Source of the DNA: an uncultured bacterium | GTDB taxonomy: Bacteria > UBA8481 | NCBI GenBank assembly: GCA_964499705.1 | Contig: CAZCME010000002.1 | Coordinates: 1 to 64,000 of the forward strand | Direction: 5' to 3' | DNA: 64,000 bases | Shown here: positions 61,971 through 64,000 of the stretch, piece by piece | Layout: each line of letters opens with the position of its first letter | Position numbering within the stretch: the stretch's first letter is position 1 | Program-made: the position numbers and the translations under genes | Notes under the pieces: model-generated | What the model was told of the DNA's origin: nothing | Databases searched by the model: none | Seen by the model: only the letters and a program-made list of their open reading frames with translations

Positions 61971-64000
61971 TCACTTCGTCAGAACGTCCGCGCACCGCTC
62001 GCAGACGCGCTCGCCCTGATGCTCGCCCGCCAGATCCAGGTATCGCCAGCATCGGGGACACTTCTGCTTCTCCGTCAGCTCGACGCTCGTTTCACTTCCG
62101 GAACGCATCTCCGCGATCTGGCAGAGCATGCGCAGGCGCTCCAGGTCGCCCTGGAATGTCGTCGTGACGGAAGCCATCTGGCTCGACTTGATGATGCCGG
62201 CGGCGCGTTTCGCCTCGATGGCCTTCAGGATCTCGCCGCGCGCGGAAACGAACGGTTCGAAGAGAGAGAAGATCGACTCGTCTGGTTCTTCGACCGCGGG
62301 CATGTCAGAGAGATGAACGGACTCGGCTTCGTCGCCGCCTTTCGCGACGTTGGAAAGGAGCCAGACCTCGTCGGACGTGAAGACGAGAACCGGCGCCATG
62401 ATCCGGAGCGTCGCGGAGAGGATTTCTCGGCAGGTGATCTGCGCCGCGCGTCGCGAAGGACTCTCGACGCGGTCGCAGTAGAGCCTGTCCTTCACGATGT
62501 CGAGATAGAACGACGAGAGGTCGTTCGTGAAGAACTCCAGCGTCGCGCGGTAGACGTCGTGGAAGGCATAGTCGTCGTAGGCGCCCCGGCAACGCTTGAC
62601 GTAACGCTGCAGAGCGGAGACCGCCCAGCGGTCCAGTTCCGTGCGTCCGGATGAGGGCAGGGAAGCATCCGCGGGAAGATCGATGATGTTGGCCGCGAGG
62701 AATCTCCATGTGTTCCGGATCTTCCTGTACGTGTCCGCGACCTGGTCCAGGATCGGGTAGGAGATGCGGAGATCTTCCCGGTAGTTTTCGGAGGCGACCC
62801 ACAGGCGGATGATGTCGGCTCCATACTTGGCCATGACTTCCGACGGAGCGATCGCGTTGCCCGCCGACTTGTGCATCGCGCGGCCCGCGCCGTCCAGCAT
62901 GAAGCCGTGCGTCAGGACCGCCCGGTAGGGCGGCTCGCCCGTGATCGCCAGCGACGGCCAGAGCGATGACTGGAACCAGCCGCGATGCTGGTCCGATCCT
63001 TCGAGATAAAGTTCGGCGCGAGGAGGTAGCGGAGTGGCTTCGTCTCGCGATCCGCCGGTCATGCGGTCGGCGGCAAACCAGGAGACGCCCGAATCGAACC
63101 AGACGTCGAGAATGTCCTGCTCGCGGCGCAGGGCTCCGCCGCACTGTGCGCACACGCGCGCAGGCGCGCCGCCCGAGAACCACTCGTCCAGTCGTCCGCT
63201 CTTCGCGAGCGCCATCGCTTCCCCGATGACGGCGCTGTCGATGACCTCGCCGTCGCAGGCTGTGCAGATGAGCGCAGGGATGGGAACGCCCCAGGCGCGC
63301 TGGCGGGAGAGGCACCAGTCCGGCCGTTCACGGACGCTGCCCACGAATCGATCCTTGCCCCAAGAGGGGATCCATTGGATGGAGTCCGCGGCCGAAAGGG
63401 CGCTGGTTCGGAGAGATCCCGATTCGCCGCCGGCATGATCGATCGACATGAACCACTGGCGCGTCGCCCGGAATATGATCGGCCCCTTGCACCGCCAGCA
63501 GTGAGGATACTGGTGCTCCAGTTTCCCGGAGTGCACGAGCGCGCCCCGCTCGCGTAGCAGATCGATTATCTCGGGGTTCGCGTCGAAGACGTATGTCCCC
63601 TCGCAGACGGTGGCTTCCTTTGTGAAGCATCCCGATTCGTCGACGGGCGCGAGGATCGGGAGCTTGTACTTCAGGCCCGCGATGTAGTCGTCGTGGCCGT
63701 GGCCCGGCGCGATGTGCACGACGCCGGTTCCCTGGTCTGTCGTGACGAAATCTCCGAGGATGACCGGCACGGTTCGATCGATGAACGGGTGACGGAATGT
63801 CCTGCCTTCGAGCTGAGCTCCGCTTACGCGATCCCCTGTCGTGTATTCGCTCCATCCCGCTTCCTCGGCCGTTTTTTCGAGCAGCGACTCCGCGACGATG
63901 AAATGCCTGCCGCCGGTTTTCACCGTGACATACTCCAGGTCGGCGCGCACCGCGACGGCAAGGTTGGCGGGAAGCGTCCATGGTGTCGTCGTCCAGATGA
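61971..64000 (-). CDS. ileS: Isoleucine--tRNA ligase (5'-partial)
   Basis: IWTTTPWTLPAN, GTGVVHIAPGHG, DWCLSRQRAWGVPIP, LEGSDQHRGWF, C-terminal CPRCW..CERC zinc site. Confidence 0.97.
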   Translation of the reverse strand, partial: IWTTTPWTLPANLAVAVRADLEYVTVKTGGRHFIVAESLLEKTAEEAGWSEYTTGDRVSGAQLEGRTFRHPFIDRTVPVILGDFVTTDQGTGVVHIAPGHGHDDYIAGLKYKLPILAPVDESGCFTKEATVCEGTYVFDANPEIIDLLRERGALVHSGKLEHQYPHCWRCKGPIIFRATRQWFMSIDHAGGESGSLRTSALSAADSIQWIPSWGKDRFVGSVRERPDWCLSRQRAWGVPIPALICTACDGEVIDSAVIGEAMALAKSGRLDEWFSGGAPARVCAQCGGALRREQDILDVWFDSGVSWFAADRMTGGSRDEATPLPPRAELYLEGSDQHRGWFQSSLWPSLAITGEPPYRAVLTHGFMLDGAGRAMHKSAGNAIAPSEVMAKYGADIIRLWVASENYREDLRISYPILDQVADTYRKIRNTWRFLAANIIDLPADASLPSSGRTELDRWAVSALQRYVKRCRGAYDDYAFHDVYRATLEFFTNDLSSFYLDIVKDRLYCDRVESPSRRAAQITCREILSATLRIMAPVLVFTSDEVWLLSNVAKGGDEAESVHLSDMPAVEEPDESIFSLFEPFVSARGEILKAIEAKRAAGIIKSSQMASVTTTFQGDLERLRMLCQIAEMRSGSETSVELTEKQKCPRCWRYLDLAGEHQGERVCERCADVLTK

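Overview
GC-rich bacterial chromosomal segment, mostly housekeeping genes: prfC (partial), ychF, moaA, ROK kinase, fabI, split methylmalonyl-CoA mutase with an M16 peptidase pair and Ser/Thr kinase, tRNA-Arg(CCT), deoC-deoB, leuS, an hpf-ptsN-hprK-mannose-family PTS-ptsH-ptsI operon, lepA, htpG, and ileS(partial)-lspA-lgt-rluD. An accessory block of lipoprotein/membrane genes lies at about 34.9-43.5 kb. No CRISPR array, transposase, integrase or rRNA was seen. Most notable: (1) a DeoC aldolase fused to a putative microcompartment encapsulation peptide, a flavoprotein-like domain and a Cys-rich linker, with no shell genes in the window; (2) three copies of a ~110-bp element with perfect 27-33-bp terminal inverted repeats and a compensatory base change, each at a convergent gene junction; (3) a second two-copy palindromic repeat family; (4) an rluD whose S4 domain has no ATG/GTG/TTG start but has an SD-preceded ATC; (5) many genes with leaderless-type promoter geometry; (6) a 1809-aa STAS/zinc-ribbon/coiled-coil/TPR protein. 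All product calls are from motif recognition by eye; no database searches were run.
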